The notes: generated by a model not told the origin, from the letters alone. A DNA stretch of 31,576 nt from Calditrichia bacterium (GCA_050633245.1 JBOEGD010000019.1:24480-56055); one strand, 5' to 3'; shown: positions 16,034 through 26,245, counted from the stretch's first letter. Translations and numbers: made by a program.

Positions 16034-17461
16034 ATGACTGAAGAGCTAAACCCTGATTTGCCCATTCTGTTAGTTGATGATGAAGAGGCCTTTCTCCTTA
16101 GTGCCGAGGTAGCGCTTTCTTCCAAAGGGTATTCGAATGTGGAATGTTGTTCGGATAGTAGTAAGGTTATGGCGTTTTTGGAAAGTCAGGAGGTCGCCAT
16201 GATTCTTCTCGATATGGTAATGCCCAAAATAAATGGAATTGAGCTGCTAAAGCTCATAAAGGAAAGCTATCCGCACTATCCAATTGTTATGTTGACTGCG
16301 ATTAATGATGTTGAAACAGCCGTTGAGTGTATGCGTTTTGGTGCGCTAGACTATATTTTAAAGCCGGTGGATACCACGCGACTAATAATCACTATTCAGC
16401 GGGCGTTAGAGCATCGCGAAATTATGGATGAGAATAAGCGGCTGCGCAGATTGTTTTTGTCTGAGGAGTTGGAAAATCCAGCTTCATTTGGCCATATAGT
16501 CACGAATAATGAGCAAATGAAGGCTTTATTTCGCTACATCGAAGCCGCTAGTAAAACCCCGATGCCGGTATTAATTACCGGTGCGACGGGAACAGGAAAA
16601 GAACTGTTTGCTGCGGCCGTGCATCATGCCAGCGGCAGAAAAGGGCAGTTTATACCAGTGAACGTTGCAGGACTCGATGACCATTTATTTTCAGACGCGT
16701 TGTTTGGGCATAAGCGCGGCGCATTCACCGGCGCAGATCGCGAGCGGAAAGGTTTGATTGAAAATGCTGCTAACGGAACTCTTTTTCTCGATGAGATTGG
16801 TGATTTACGCCCGGAATCTCAGGTGAAACTTCTTCGATTGCTTCAAGCTAACAGCCGCTACTATCCGCTTGGATCTGATCGTGAGAAGCCATGTCTGGCT
16901 CGGTTTGTAATGGCAACGAATGCGAATCTTGAAGAGTTGCGCAAAGATGGCACCTTTCGTCAGGATTTATACTATCGCCTAAAGACACATCATATCCATA
17001 TACCAGCCTTGCGAAAACGCCTGGATGATTTACCTTTGCTACTTGATTTCTTTTTTGCCCGTATCAGTGCTGAACTCGGTATAAAAAAACCTGCTATTCC
17101 GGCAGAGTTAGTCACGCTTCTTGGAAACTATGATTATCCGGGTAATGTGCGCGAGTTAGAAGCCATGGTTTATGATGCGTTGAGTCGACACCAGTCGGGT
17201 AGACTTTCACTGACAGCGTTTCGTGAAAAACTAAATGATAATTTTAATGATGATGTTCTTTCTTCAGGAGACTCAATGCAAAGCACCTCGGAGCCTTATA
17301 TAACGTCCGAGTCTACTTTACCCAAGCTGAAGGAAATGGAGAAAATGCTGATTGATGAGGCGCTACGCCGAACGAACGGCAATCAAACTCAGGCTGCAGA
17401 CTTGCTTGGTTTATCGCGTCGCGCTCTGAATAACCGCTTAAATCGTCGAAGTGAAGACTAG
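16034..17461 (+). CDS. NtrC-family sigma54-dependent response regulator
   Basis: Receiver (LLVDDE, LLDMVMP, MLTA, ILKP), GATGTGKE, GAFTGA, LFLDEIGD, FRQDLYYRL, YPGNVREL and Fis-type HTH (GNQTQAADLLGLSRRAL). ATG 16034 lies 4 nt after the kinase stop. Confidence 0.95.
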   Translation: MTEELNPDLPILLVDDEEAFLLSAEVALSSKGYSNVECCSDSSKVMAFLESQEVAMILLDMVMPKINGIELLKLIKESYPHYPIVMLTAINDVETAVECMRFGALDYILKPVDTTRLIITIQRALEHREIMDENKRLRRLFLSEELENPASFGHIVTNNEQMKALFRYIEAASKTPMPVLITGATGTGKELFAAAVHHASGRKGQFIPVNVAGLDDHLFSDALFGHKRGAFTGADRERKGLIENAANGTLFLDEIGDLRPESQVKLLRLLQANSRYYPLGSDREKPCLARFVMATNANLEELRKDGTFRQDLYYRLKTHHIHIPALRKRLDDLPLLLDFFFARISAELGIKKPAIPAELVTLLGNYDYPGNVRELEAMVYDALSRHQSGRLSLTAFREKLNDNFNDDVLSSGDSMQSTSEPYITSESTLPKLKEMEKMLIDEALRRTNGNQTQAADLLGLSRRALNNRLNRRSED

Positions 17462-17462
17462 A

Positions 17463-17906
17463 TTACCAGACCGCTAATTTGGACGCGAACTCGTTATTTA
17501 TCTTTTTTTTTTCAGCCAACATCTCTTTAATCTGATCCATTAACTGCCGTTCAGTAAAAGGCTTGGAAATAAATAAGCGCTCGTTTCGACCTTGAATTTG
17601 TTTCTTAAGACGCTGGCTTTCGTATTCAGTAATTACAATTGTTGGGACGACTATTTGCTCATCGTTTAGGCGTTCCATAAGCTTTGTACCACTTAACAAG
17701 GGCATCCTGATATCTGTAATCAGCAGGCTAATTGGATGGTCGCTGTGTAACAAACTGCGAATAATATCGAATGCCTGCAATCCGTTCTGTGCTCGGGTTA
17801 CGCGATAGTCAGCAGCTTCCAGGATAAACTCCAGTGACTCAAGCATATTCTGTTCATCATCTGTAATTAGTATATGTGGTTGTCGTTTCTGTTCTTTGTT
17901 TCCCAT
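17463..17906 (-). CDS. Single-domain response regulator (receiver only), last gene of the cco operon
   Basis: ILITDDE, LITDIRMP, IVIT and SKPF are intact, with no output domain. 15-nt gap to ccoH, with an AAGGAAGG SD. Confidence 0.9.
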   Translation of the reverse strand: MGNKEQKRQPHILITDDEQNMLESLEFILEAADYRVTRAQNGLQAFDIIRSLLHSDHPISLLITDIRMPLLSGTKLMERLNDEQIVVPTIVITEYESQRLKKQIQGRNERLFISKPFTERQLMDQIKEMLAEKKKINNEFASKLAVW

Positions 17907-17921
17907 AGTATTGTTCCTTCC

Positions 17922-18386
17922 TTAGCTCTGTTCGGCGGATTTATTAATGACGAGTCGTTCCGATTGAAAAAATGTTGCGCCATCTGTTGTTTGCCACTCA
18001 ATTTCAACGCGCCAGAGTCCACTGGCAGCCTCTCGCAGATCAAACGTTGATTGTCCATTCGCTTCCAAATTTAATGGGGCGGTAAAATCCTGGTATTCGT
18101 TTGATGGCCGTCGAAAAGAGACTTTGCCAATAACGGCTTCGCCAGAGCAGGAAATGGTGCCCTGTTGCAATTCAGAGTCGTAGCTCCACGTGAGTTGCTC
18201 ACTGTCAGCTGCGCGCTGCTGCTGATCCATTCGCTCCTGAAAATTGATTGCGCTCTGATAATAGTCGCGATCTTCCAGATTTACCGGCGTACTGGTAGCA
18301 ATGAAAACCACGCTTGCCAGGAAGCCTATGAAACAGCATAAAAAAAGCGTGATTCCAATTGGCCAGTATAGTGATTTCTTAATCAT
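17922..18386 (-). CDS. ccoH: FixH/CcoH cbb3 oxidase assembly protein
   Basis: N-terminal WP.GI TM helix, DYYQ...FQ, FRRPSN..QDF and SGLWRVEIEW; located after ccoG. Confidence 0.85.
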   Translation of the reverse strand: MIKKSLYWPIGITLFLCCFIGFLASVVFIATSTPVNLEDRDYYQSAINFQERMDQQQRAADSEQLTWSYDSELQQGTISCSGEAVIGKVSFRRPSNEYQDFTAPLNLEANGQSTFDLREAASGLWRVEIEWQTTDGATFFQSERLVINKSAEQS

Positions 18387-18408
18387 ATTCTCTCCTTTGG
18401 CTCAGACA

Positions 18409-19872
18409 CTAACGTGTAGGCCCGGCAAATGCAGTTTGAATTACGTCTAATACCTTGTCTCCATCCCGCACTTCAAGCTGTAGCTTAGTACTGGTGGAGC
18501 TGAGTTCAGATTCCGGGATCTGAATAAAGAAAGCCCGTTCAAGAAGCCCTTCACCCTTTACTTGAAGCGATTTACCACCACCGACCATGATGAGTTGTCC
18601 ATTAATCTCTTGCAAGTGCAGGCTGATTTCTCGCTCTTCACTGGATTTATTCACGATTTGCAAGCTGTACAGATTCTGGATAACACCATTATCAAGTGAT
18701 TGGTAAAGAAGACCCGGCGTGCGTAGAATGGTGGTCTCAACCGGCGTGCGGTTTGCCAGAAGGAATGAAAGGGAGCTGAGTAGTAATACCAATACCAGAG
18801 AGTAGCCGGCTATCCGTGGCGTCATGCGCAGCTTCTCGCTCTGCTCAATGCCATTATAAGAGGAGTAACGGATGAGTCCTCTGGGTTTCTCAACCTTATC
18901 CATAATCTGGTTACAGGCGTCGATACAGGCAGTGCAGTTTACGCACTCCAACTGAGTTCCGTTTCGGATGTCGATACCAGTTGGGCAGACCTGAACACAT
19001 AATGTGCAGTCTACACAGTCTCCTAAATTACTATGGTCGAGGCCTCGCTTACGATGCCCGCGAGGTTCACCACGCATAAAATCATAGGAAACAACGATCG
19101 AATTCTGATCGAGGAGAACACTTTGCAATCTTCCATATGGACAGACAATGACGCAGGCCTGCTCACGAAACCAGGAGAATACGCCATAGAACATTGTGCT
19201 GAAAACTAACATGGCTGTTAAGCCTGCTATATGTTCTGATGGTGGATCGGTAATGATCTTTGTCAGTGCATCTACTCCAATAATATAGGCGAGAAAAATA
19301 TTGCCGATCAGAAAAGAGAGTGCATAAAAAATGATGTGTTTTGATGTCTTTTTTGCAATCTTGCTCGCAGTCCAAGGCGCCTTGTTTAATGCACGCTGAC
19401 GGGGAGCATCTCCTTCTATGAAGTATTCGATCTTGCGAAATACCATTTCCAGGAAAACGGTTTGTGGGCACGCCCAGCCACAGAAAACCCTGCCAAATAC
19501 CACTGTAAAAAGAATGATAAAAACGGCAAAAGTTAATAGAGCTAACGCGAAGAGATGAAAATCCTGTGGCCAGAAAACAATGCCAAACAGCACAAATTTT
19601 CGTTCAAGCACATTCAGTAGAATAAGCGGATGACCGTTCACCTCAATGAATGGAGCACCAAACAAAAATGCCAGAAGAAACCAGCTAAAAATGCTGCGTG
19701 CATTGTAAAAATTGCCTGAAGGCTTTTTCGGATACATCCAAATGCGTTTACCGTCAGCATCGACAGTGGCGATGCTGTTGCGGTAGTCTTCTTTATCTGC
19801 CAGCTCTACTTTAGAGGTAGAGATGAAATCCTGAACGGGGTCTATTGGCTTATTTTCTTTTTCAGACATCAT
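18409..19872 (-). CDS. ccoG: Cytochrome c oxidase accessory protein CcoG/FixG (4Fe-4S)
   Basis: GRVFCGWACPQTVF, REQACVIVCPYGRLQ, DCVDCTLCVQVCPTGIDIR and ECVNCTACIDAC. Confidence 0.97.
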   Translation of the reverse strand: MMSEKENKPIDPVQDFISTSKVELADKEDYRNSIATVDADGKRIWMYPKKPSGNFYNARSIFSWFLLAFLFGAPFIEVNGHPLILLNVLERKFVLFGIVFWPQDFHLFALALLTFAVFIILFTVVFGRVFCGWACPQTVFLEMVFRKIEYFIEGDAPRQRALNKAPWTASKIAKKTSKHIIFYALSFLIGNIFLAYIIGVDALTKIITDPPSEHIAGLTAMLVFSTMFYGVFSWFREQACVIVCPYGRLQSVLLDQNSIVVSYDFMRGEPRGHRKRGLDHSNLGDCVDCTLCVQVCPTGIDIRNGTQLECVNCTACIDACNQIMDKVEKPRGLIRYSSYNGIEQSEKLRMTPRIAGYSLVLVLLLSSLSFLLANRTPVETTILRTPGLLYQSLDNGVIQNLYSLQIVNKSSEEREISLHLQEINGQLIMVGGGKSLQVKGEGLLERAFFIQIPESELSSTSTKLQLEVRDGDKVLDVIQTAFAGPTR

Positions 19873-19877
19873 AATAC

Positions 19878-20477
19878 CTACATTTTTTCGCCTTCAGGCG
19901 CCTTTGCATTTGGTGGATTTGTTCCCTGGAGCGTAAGTATAAATGCGCTTACCTGTTCAATCTGATCTGGTGAAAGAATAGGCTCCCACGATATCATACC
20001 CTTTGCAGGTACGCCGACTCGAATCGTTGTTTGAATACTGGCTATATCACCGCCATGTACCCAATATTCGTCGGTCATGTTCGGGCCGATTCCACCGGCA
20101 CCATTCGCGTTATGACACACAGCGCAGTTTGCGATCCATATCTTCTCTCCGGCCTCGAGATCGACACCACCAGCAGAGGTCGTTGCGCCGCCGGGATTGT
20201 TTAATTCTGCCAAAAATGCAGCACGTGCTTTCTCTTCAAGATACTCCTGCTTGGCAATTTCAGCTATTTTTACTTCCCGATTATACTGGGCAATTTGGCC
20301 TCCATCGTCAATCAGAACGTGATAATACCACATATAGCCGAGTGCCCAAACGATTGAGCCGATGAAGAGGGCAATCCACCATGGGGGCAGATTATTATCC
20401 AGTTCATGTATACCATCGTATTCATGATCCATTAAGTTCTTGTCGAGTTCTTCGAGTCTCTGCTTATTTGTGCTCAT
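19878..20477 (-). CDS. ccoP: cbb3-type cytochrome c oxidase subunit III (single-haem CcoP)
   Basis: DHEYDGIHELDNNLPPWW (FixP_N), one CAVCH, GPNMTD.YWVHG and KGMISW. ATG 20477 follows a GGAGG SD and overlaps the end of ccoQ. Confidence 0.95.
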   Translation of the reverse strand: MSTNKQRLEELDKNLMDHEYDGIHELDNNLPPWWIALFIGSIVWALGYMWYYHVLIDDGGQIAQYNREVKIAEIAKQEYLEEKARAAFLAELNNPGGATTSAGGVDLEAGEKIWIANCAVCHNANGAGGIGPNMTDEYWVHGGDIASIQTTIRVGVPAKGMISWEPILSPDQIEQVSAFILTLQGTNPPNAKAPEGEKM

Positions 20478-20670
20478 CGTTAGTTCCTCCACGGTATTGT
20501 ATCGGAGTCTTTGGGTTATCCAGTGGAATAGAGGCAAAGCGATTCGCCTCTTGTTTATCCATGCGTATGGCTCTCACAGCCATGAATGTGAAGACACTTA
20601 AGAAAATGAGAAGCGCCAAAATAGGCCAGATCTCTACGTCTGATATATGATTAAGAACGATCTTATACAT
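20464..20670 (-). CDS. ccoQ: cbb3 oxidase subunit IV CcoQ/FixQ
   Basis: 68 aa with a single TM (WPILALLIF) and ASIPLD motif, between ccoNO and ccoP; GAGG SD. Confidence 0.9.
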   Translation of the reverse strand: MYKIVLNHISDVEIWPILALLIFLSVFTFMAVRAIRMDKQEANRFASIPLDNPKTPIQYRGGTNDEHK

Positions 20671-20691
20671 GTTTACCTCGCTTGTCGTGTA

Positions 20692-22848
20692 TTAGCGCGT
20701 TGTAGCGGTTCGTTTTAATTTGATGTCTGTTCCGAGTCGCTGTAGATAGGCAATTAGGGCGATAATTTCCCGATCAGCCGGAATAGCGATTCCCGCGTCG
20801 TCGAGGCTGCTGACAATCTTGGCCGCCTGTTTATCCACATCATTTAGAGCCTGTGCGGCATAGCCTTCGGCATATGGAACGCCCAGAGTTTGCATGGCTT
20901 CGATCTTGGCCGGGATGGTTTCGCGGTCAATCGATTGTTCTGCCAGCCACGGGTAGGGAGGCATAACAGAGCCGGGCGACATCGAGCGCGGTTCTATCAT
21001 GTGATTAAAATGCCATGCATCCGGATACTTACCACCAATGCGATGGAGATCCGGACCAATTCGTTTCGACCCAAATAAGAATGGGTGATCATAAACGAAT
21101 TCGCCAGCCTTGGAGTATTCGCCATATCGCTCGGTTTCGCTGCGGAACGGACGTACTTGCTGAGAATGACATGTGTTACATCCTTCTCTGATGTAGATAT
21201 CGCGTCCTTCAAGTTCCAGCGGAGTATAGGGCTGCACACTTGCAATGGTTGGCACATTTGACTTTACGAGAAATGTTGGTATGAACTCAACAACTCCACC
21301 GATTAATACTGCTACAAAGGTGAGGATTGAGAACTGTATCGGGCGACTTTCAATCCAGCGATGCTTCCAAATCGGATCGGCATTCGGGGTCGCTACTTCC
21401 TTGACAAGAGCGGGAGCTTCAGCAGGCTCGTTAGCCAGAAGATTACCGGCTCTTACCGTTTTTACTATATTGTAGAATCCAACCAGTGATCCGACTAGGT
21501 AAATGGCACCACCAATAGCGCGCATGATGTAAAGCGGGATAATCTGTAATACCGTTTCAAGGAAGATCGGGTATTGTAAAAAACCTTCCGGAGTAAATTG
21601 TTTCCACATCAGACCCTGTGCAATTCCGGCCCAATACATTGGAATAGCATAGAATAGAATGCCCAATGTGCCGATCCAAAAGTGCAGGTTTGCAAGCTTC
21701 ACCGAATAGAGATTGGTTCGATAAATGCGTGGAATTAGCCAGTAGAGGACGCCGAAAGTCATGAATCCGTTCCAGCCAAGAGCGCCAATGTGAACGTGAG
21801 CAATTGTCCAGTCTGTAAAGTGAGACAGGGCGTTAACGCTTTTGATTGAAAGCAGAGGACCCTCAAATGTAGCCATTCCATAAGCCGTGACGGCAACAAC
21901 CATGAACTTCAAAATAGGATCTTCGCGGACGCGATCCCACGCTCCGCGCAATGTCAGCAGACCGTTCAACATGCCTCCCCATGACGGGGCGATCAGCATA
22001 ATGGAAAAAACGGTTCCGATCGACTGCGCCCAATCCGGCAACGAGTTATATAACAAGTGGTGCGGACCAGCCCAGATATAAATGAAGATGAGTGCCCAAA
22101 AGTGAATAATTGACAAGCGATAGGAGAATACCGGTCGATTCGCGGCCTTTGGTAGAAAGTAATACATCAAGCCGAGATAGGGGGTCGTAAGGAAAAATGC
22201 AACGGCATTATGACCATACCACCATTGAACGAGCGCGTCCTGCACACCGGCAAACATGGAGTAACTTTTGAACATCGTTACCGGAAGTTCAAATGAATTA
22301 ACCACATGAAGAAGTGCGACAGTAAAGAAGGTTGCGAGATAGAACCAGATCGCAACATACATGTGTTTCTCGCGTCGCTTCATAATGGTTCCGATCATAT
22401 TGATTCCGAAAATCACCCAGATTATCGTGATTGCGATATCAATCGGCCATTCAAGTTCAGCGTATTCTTTACTCGATGTTAATCCCAGCGGAAGGGTGAT
22501 TGCCGCAGAAACGATAATCAGCTGCCATCCCCAAAAGTGCACTTTGCTAAGCATGTCGTTGAACATGCGCGCTTTACAAAGGCGCTGTAGTGAATAATAG
22601 ACGCCCATAAATATTCCGTTCCCAACAAATGCAAAGATAACCGCATTGGTGTGAAGCGGGCGAAGACGACCGAAAGTGGTATACTGCGCATCAATTCCGA
22701 TGAAGCTGAGAATGCTGTTCATCATCGGATCATAAATCTGCATAGCGACAATGATCCCCACAAGCATACCGACGACTCCCCAAATGCCTGTAGCAAATGC
22801 AAAGTTGCGCACTATCTTGTTGTCATATTCGAAGCGTTCCAATGACAT
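20692..22848 (-). CDS. ccoN: Fused cbb3-type cytochrome c oxidase subunits I/II (CcoN-CcoO)
   Basis: FGRLRPLHTN, WWYGHNAV, WAGPHHL and IAHVH (CcoN), then GRDIYIREGCNTCHSQQVRP and GSKRIGPDL (CcoO). ATG 22848 follows a GGAGG SD. Confidence 0.98.
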   Translation of the reverse strand: MSLERFEYDNKIVRNFAFATGIWGVVGMLVGIIVAMQIYDPMMNSILSFIGIDAQYTTFGRLRPLHTNAVIFAFVGNGIFMGVYYSLQRLCKARMFNDMLSKVHFWGWQLIIVSAAITLPLGLTSSKEYAELEWPIDIAITIIWVIFGINMIGTIMKRREKHMYVAIWFYLATFFTVALLHVVNSFELPVTMFKSYSMFAGVQDALVQWWYGHNAVAFFLTTPYLGLMYYFLPKAANRPVFSYRLSIIHFWALIFIYIWAGPHHLLYNSLPDWAQSIGTVFSIMLIAPSWGGMLNGLLTLRGAWDRVREDPILKFMVVAVTAYGMATFEGPLLSIKSVNALSHFTDWTIAHVHIGALGWNGFMTFGVLYWLIPRIYRTNLYSVKLANLHFWIGTLGILFYAIPMYWAGIAQGLMWKQFTPEGFLQYPIFLETVLQIIPLYIMRAIGGAIYLVGSLVGFYNIVKTVRAGNLLANEPAEAPALVKEVATPNADPIWKHRWIESRPIQFSILTFVAVLIGGVVEFIPTFLVKSNVPTIASVQPYTPLELEGRDIYIREGCNTCHSQQVRPFRSETERYGEYSKAGEFVYDHPFLFGSKRIGPDLHRIGGKYPDAWHFNHMIEPRSMSPGSVMPPYPWLAEQSIDRETIPAKIEAMQTLGVPYAEGYAAQALNDVDKQAAKIVSSLDDAGIAIPADREIIALIAYLQRLGTDIKLKRTATTR

Positions 22849-22852
22849 AAAG

Positions 22853-23077
22853 TTAATCCTCCGTAACAATGTTAATTCTGGTAGCAGTTTTTGTCTCTAT
22901 TTCTGTATGTGATAAGTCTTTCGTTGATGCAGTTGAGGGCTTGTCATCAAACAAAATCCGGATGGACGGTGTATAGTCATCGTCGTACTGGCCATTTCCC
23001 ACAGCCCAGAAAAAAGCAGCTAGGAAACACCCCGAAAAGAGTAGGCCGATGATTATTAGAAGAAATATTACGCTCAT
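22853..23077 (-). CDS. ccoS: cbb3 oxidase maturation protein CcoS/FixS
   Basis: MSVIFLLI...FFWAVGNGQYDDDYTPSIRILFDD. Confidence 0.95.
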   Translation of the reverse strand: MSVIFLLIIIGLLFSGCFLAAFFWAVGNGQYDDDYTPSIRILFDDKPSTASTKDLSHTEIETKTATRINIVTED

Positions 23078-25521
23078 GCTGCGGCTCCGGTAGGTAAGTA
23101 GGATTTGGCAGGTTCACTAATGCTCGAGGCCTGAGCCTGCATCTTTTCTGAATCGAAACCGAGATACTTTGCCGATAAATGAACACCACTGCTTGCCAAA
23201 AAGATGACCGAGATGGAACTCAGAGGCATTAGTACAGCACATATGAGTGGTGAAAGCGTTCCCTGAATAGCAAAGCTTAATCCGACCAGGTTATAGGCGA
23301 GTGAGATACCTAAATTCATCTTAATAATGGTGAGTGTATGTTTTGCCAGCTTTAGAAACTTTGGAAGCGACTGCAGCTCGTCTGCGTTCATGATGGCATC
23401 GCATGCGGGAACGAAACTGTGGACATCCTCTGCAACGGCAATTCCACAGCTGCTCTGCTTTAAGGCGCCTGCGTCATTCAGTCCGTCACCGAGCATCAGA
23501 ACCGATTCATTCTCCTGAAGTCGACCGATGTAGTTCAGCTTATCTTTGGGCGATTGCATAAAGTGTAAGGCGGCTGCCCCTCCCATGATATTCCGTAAAT
23601 TTGTCTCTTCAGCTGCATTATCACCGGAAAGTAATGAAAGAGAATAGCTCGGGAGCAGAAGGTTAAACATCCCACGCATGCCAGTGCGATAGGCCTGCCG
23701 GAAGGTGAAATATCCAACAATCTGATTATCAATTTTTAGATATGAAACGGTTTCGGAATTGGAGGTCTTTGCTCCGGTAAACTCTGCCGAACCGATTCGA
23801 ATCGTGCGCTTTTCTACCCGTGCTTTAATCCCGTTACCAGCTATTTCCTCGAAGGACATTGCTTCCCGTATTGATGAAGAGCCAAGCGCAGCGATTGAGC
23901 GGCTAAGCGGATGTGCCGACAATTTGGCTGCAGCAACCGCAAGTGAAATAGCCTCTTCAGCTGTTTCGCCACAGATACGCTGATACTCTGCTTTCGTTTC
24001 TTTGGAATGAGTTAGCGTGCCGGTCTTATCGAATACGATATGTGATATGCCGGCGAGTGTTTCTACCACACCGGGGTTCTTGAGGAATAACCTGTACTGG
24101 CCAAGCAGTCGCTGAGCTTGCCCGAGTGCGAACGGAGAAGACAGTGCCAGTGCGCATGGACAGGCGATTATCAGGACGGATGAAAAAGCATTCAGCGCAA
24201 TTACAACATCAATGGGAAGCCAATACAAAGCGCTTACAATGGCAATCAGCAAAATAGCTATGGTGAAAATGCCCGATACACGATCAGCAAAATTACTCAG
24301 CGGGTGTTTTGGCTGGCGAAAAGGCTGTTCATTCCACAGCTGCGTCAGGTAGCTTTGAGATACCTCACGAGTAATCTGCAGCTCGATAGTGGTTCCTGTT
24401 TGACGCCCACCAGCGTAGACATGTGCTCCAACCTCATAGCGCTGTGGTGCGCTCTCTCCGGTTACGAAGCTGAAGTCGATTTTTGCATCACCAGCCATTA
24501 GAACAGCATCAGCAGGAATCAACTCATTTTGTCTGACAAGGATGCGATCTCCTGGTTTTAAGCGAAAAAGTGGAATGGTTTTTGAGCCGTCCTGTTCAAT
24601 TCGGGTTACGCTAATCGGGAAGAAAGACTGATAATCGCGTTCGAAGGCGAGGGCGCCGTAGGTGCGTTCCTGTAGCCAGCGTCCGATGAGCAGCAGAAAA
24701 ACCAGGCCGGCAAAAGAGTCCATAAATCCCATCCCCGAAGCCGTCAGGATGTCGTAGAGACTGCGAATATAGAAAGCGATCATGCCGAGGCTCAATGGAA
24801 CGTCTATCGTAATTCGGCGATGTCGTAAACCATTGACTGCGCGTCGAAAGAAATCTTTTGCGCTGAAAAACAGAACCGGCAGAGACAGAAAAATTGAGAC
24901 GTAGCCAAAGAAGTTTCGAAAATTTGCGCTAACGTTTTCAGTGCCACTTAAATACTCCGGAAAGCTTAAGAGCATCATATTTCCAAAACAGAAACCGGCT
25001 ACGCCCAGCTGAAGCAATAGTGTGCGATTTTGAGCAGGCGTTCGTTGTTTTTGATCTACCGGCGTAAGCTCGGGAGCATAACCCAGCGAGGACAGCAGTT
25101 CGATAATCCGCCGTAGGCTTGTTGCCTTAGGATTGTAGCGAATGCTGACTTTGCGACGCATGAGCTGAACATTCGAAGAAATGATTCCCGTTTCCATACG
25201 ATACACATTTTCCAACAGCCAGACGCAGGAACTGCAGTGTATGCGAGGAATGGAAAGGTTGATTAACGCATGATTGTCATCGCGGTAACTGAGTAGCTGA
25301 AGCTGCATCTCCTCATCATCCAAAAAGCTGTATGTATCAGATGAACCTGCGCGTGAAAGCTGGATGTCTTCAAGATATGCCGGATTGGTGTCGCCCTCAT
25401 TAATAATGCGATAAATGGTGGCGCAGCCACTACAGCAAAAGTGCTGGCCATCGATTGCAACAGCATCTTCCCGACAGGGTAGGTCGCATTGAACGCAAGA
25501 TGTCCTCTTTGCATTACTCAT
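23074..25521 (-). CDS. ccoI: Cu-translocating P1B-type ATPase CcoI/FixI
   Basis: N-terminal CxxC...FCCSGC, HMA IHCSSC, TGES, ACPCAL, DKTGT, HP and GDGLND. ATGA overlap with ccoS. Confidence 0.93.
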   Translation of the reverse strand: MSNAKRTSCVQCDLPCREDAVAIDGQHFCCSGCATIYRIINEGDTNPAYLEDIQLSRAGSSDTYSFLDDEEMQLQLLSYRDDNHALINLSIPRIHCSSCVWLLENVYRMETGIISSNVQLMRRKVSIRYNPKATSLRRIIELLSSLGYAPELTPVDQKQRTPAQNRTLLLQLGVAGFCFGNMMLLSFPEYLSGTENVSANFRNFFGYVSIFLSLPVLFFSAKDFFRRAVNGLRHRRITIDVPLSLGMIAFYIRSLYDILTASGMGFMDSFAGLVFLLLIGRWLQERTYGALAFERDYQSFFPISVTRIEQDGSKTIPLFRLKPGDRILVRQNELIPADAVLMAGDAKIDFSFVTGESAPQRYEVGAHVYAGGRQTGTTIELQITREVSQSYLTQLWNEQPFRQPKHPLSNFADRVSGIFTIAILLIAIVSALYWLPIDVVIALNAFSSVLIIACPCALALSSPFALGQAQRLLGQYRLFLKNPGVVETLAGISHIVFDKTGTLTHSKETKAEYQRICGETAEEAISLAVAAAKLSAHPLSRSIAALGSSSIREAMSFEEIAGNGIKARVEKRTIRIGSAEFTGAKTSNSETVSYLKIDNQIVGYFTFRQAYRTGMRGMFNLLLPSYSLSLLSGDNAAEETNLRNIMGGAAALHFMQSPKDKLNYIGRLQENESVLMLGDGLNDAGALKQSSCGIAVAEDVHSFVPACDAIMNADELQSLPKFLKLAKHTLTIIKMNLGISLAYNLVGLSFAIQGTLSPLICAVLMPLSSISVIFLASSGVHLSAKYLGFDSEKMQAQASSISEPAKSYLPTGAAA

Positions 25522-25522
25522 G

Positions 25523-26245
25523 TTATTGCGCCTCTGCGGGCTGAGTGGTAAGGCAATTGGAGACGGCTTCAGCAGAGGTTGCTTTTGGGGTTAAGAACTG
25601 ATTCCCAGCGCTATAAATACTGGAAATCCCCAAGAAAATTACCAGAACGGCTGCGCTGCGAAATAATAGCAGGCGCTTTTTTACAGAGATTTTATTCATT
25701 CCGAGTCCAATAAGCAGGAGGGTAGGAAGCGTTCCCAGGCCAAAGGCGGCCATCTGAAGCATAGACTCAGGAAGAGTTGCGGCGGTTGCAGCACTTGCCC
25801 CCGCGGCATAAACTAAACCGCAGGGCATCAGACCCATAATTGCGCCAGAGCTGATGAGATTTAGCCTTTTGTTCGGGGAAAATTTACGAAAATAACCTAG
25901 CAGAAAGGTAAGCGGCCTTGGCGTATTGACGTGTTTTAATAGCCCGATCGCCTGAAGTGCAATAAGAATCATAACGATTCCGGCGACAAGGCGAATGCCG
26001 GCCTGTAGTTCGGCAAAGCCGAGTGCGATAGACAGGGTTTGACCAGCCAGGCCAAAGAGCAGGCCGAGGAACACATAGGTAAATAAACGCCCGGAGTTGA
26101 AGAAGAGATGGGGTTCCATAGCGGCAAGGAAATGCCTCGGCTTACTAAGCTTCAAGCTATATGCTGAAACAAAGCCGCCGCACATACCAACACAGTGCCC
26201 GATACTTCCCAATGAACCAACTATAAATAGCGCAGCATATTCCAT
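25523..26245 (-). CDS. TauE/SafE-like (DsbD_2) membrane protein, cbb3 assembly-associated
   Basis: GHCVGMCGG, NSGRLFTY, GLMPCGLVY and M.AFGLGTLP. First gene of the cco operon. Confidence 0.9.
   Translation of the reverse strand: MEYAALFIVGSLGSIGHCVGMCGGFVSAYSLKLSKPRHFLAAMEPHLFFNSGRLFTYVFLGLLFGLAGQTLSIALGFAELQAGIRLVAGIVMILIALQAIGLLKHVNTPRPLTFLLGYFRKFSPNKRLNLISSGAIMGLMPCGLVYAAGASAATAATLPESMLQMAAFGLGTLPTLLLIGLGMNKISVKKRLLLFRSAAVLVIFLGISSIYSAGNQFLTPKATSAEAVSNCLTTQPAEAQ

Noticed and set aside
17503-17512. T10 homopolymer as a phase-variation tract
   Set aside because: It encodes EKKK in frame after the complete receiver domain, so slippage would alter only the tail.
20692-22848. CcoN-CcoO fusion and single-haem CcoP as novelties
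   Set aside because: This is the usual cbb3 architecture in Bacteroidota and relatives; it is useful only as a taxonomic hint.
213-25514. Antisense and alternate-frame ORFs inside the large genes (for example 213-668, 2245-2871, 4016-4387, 11276-11602, 20003-20365)
   Set aside because: They are nested in well-supported CDSs and show no motifs; this is expected background.
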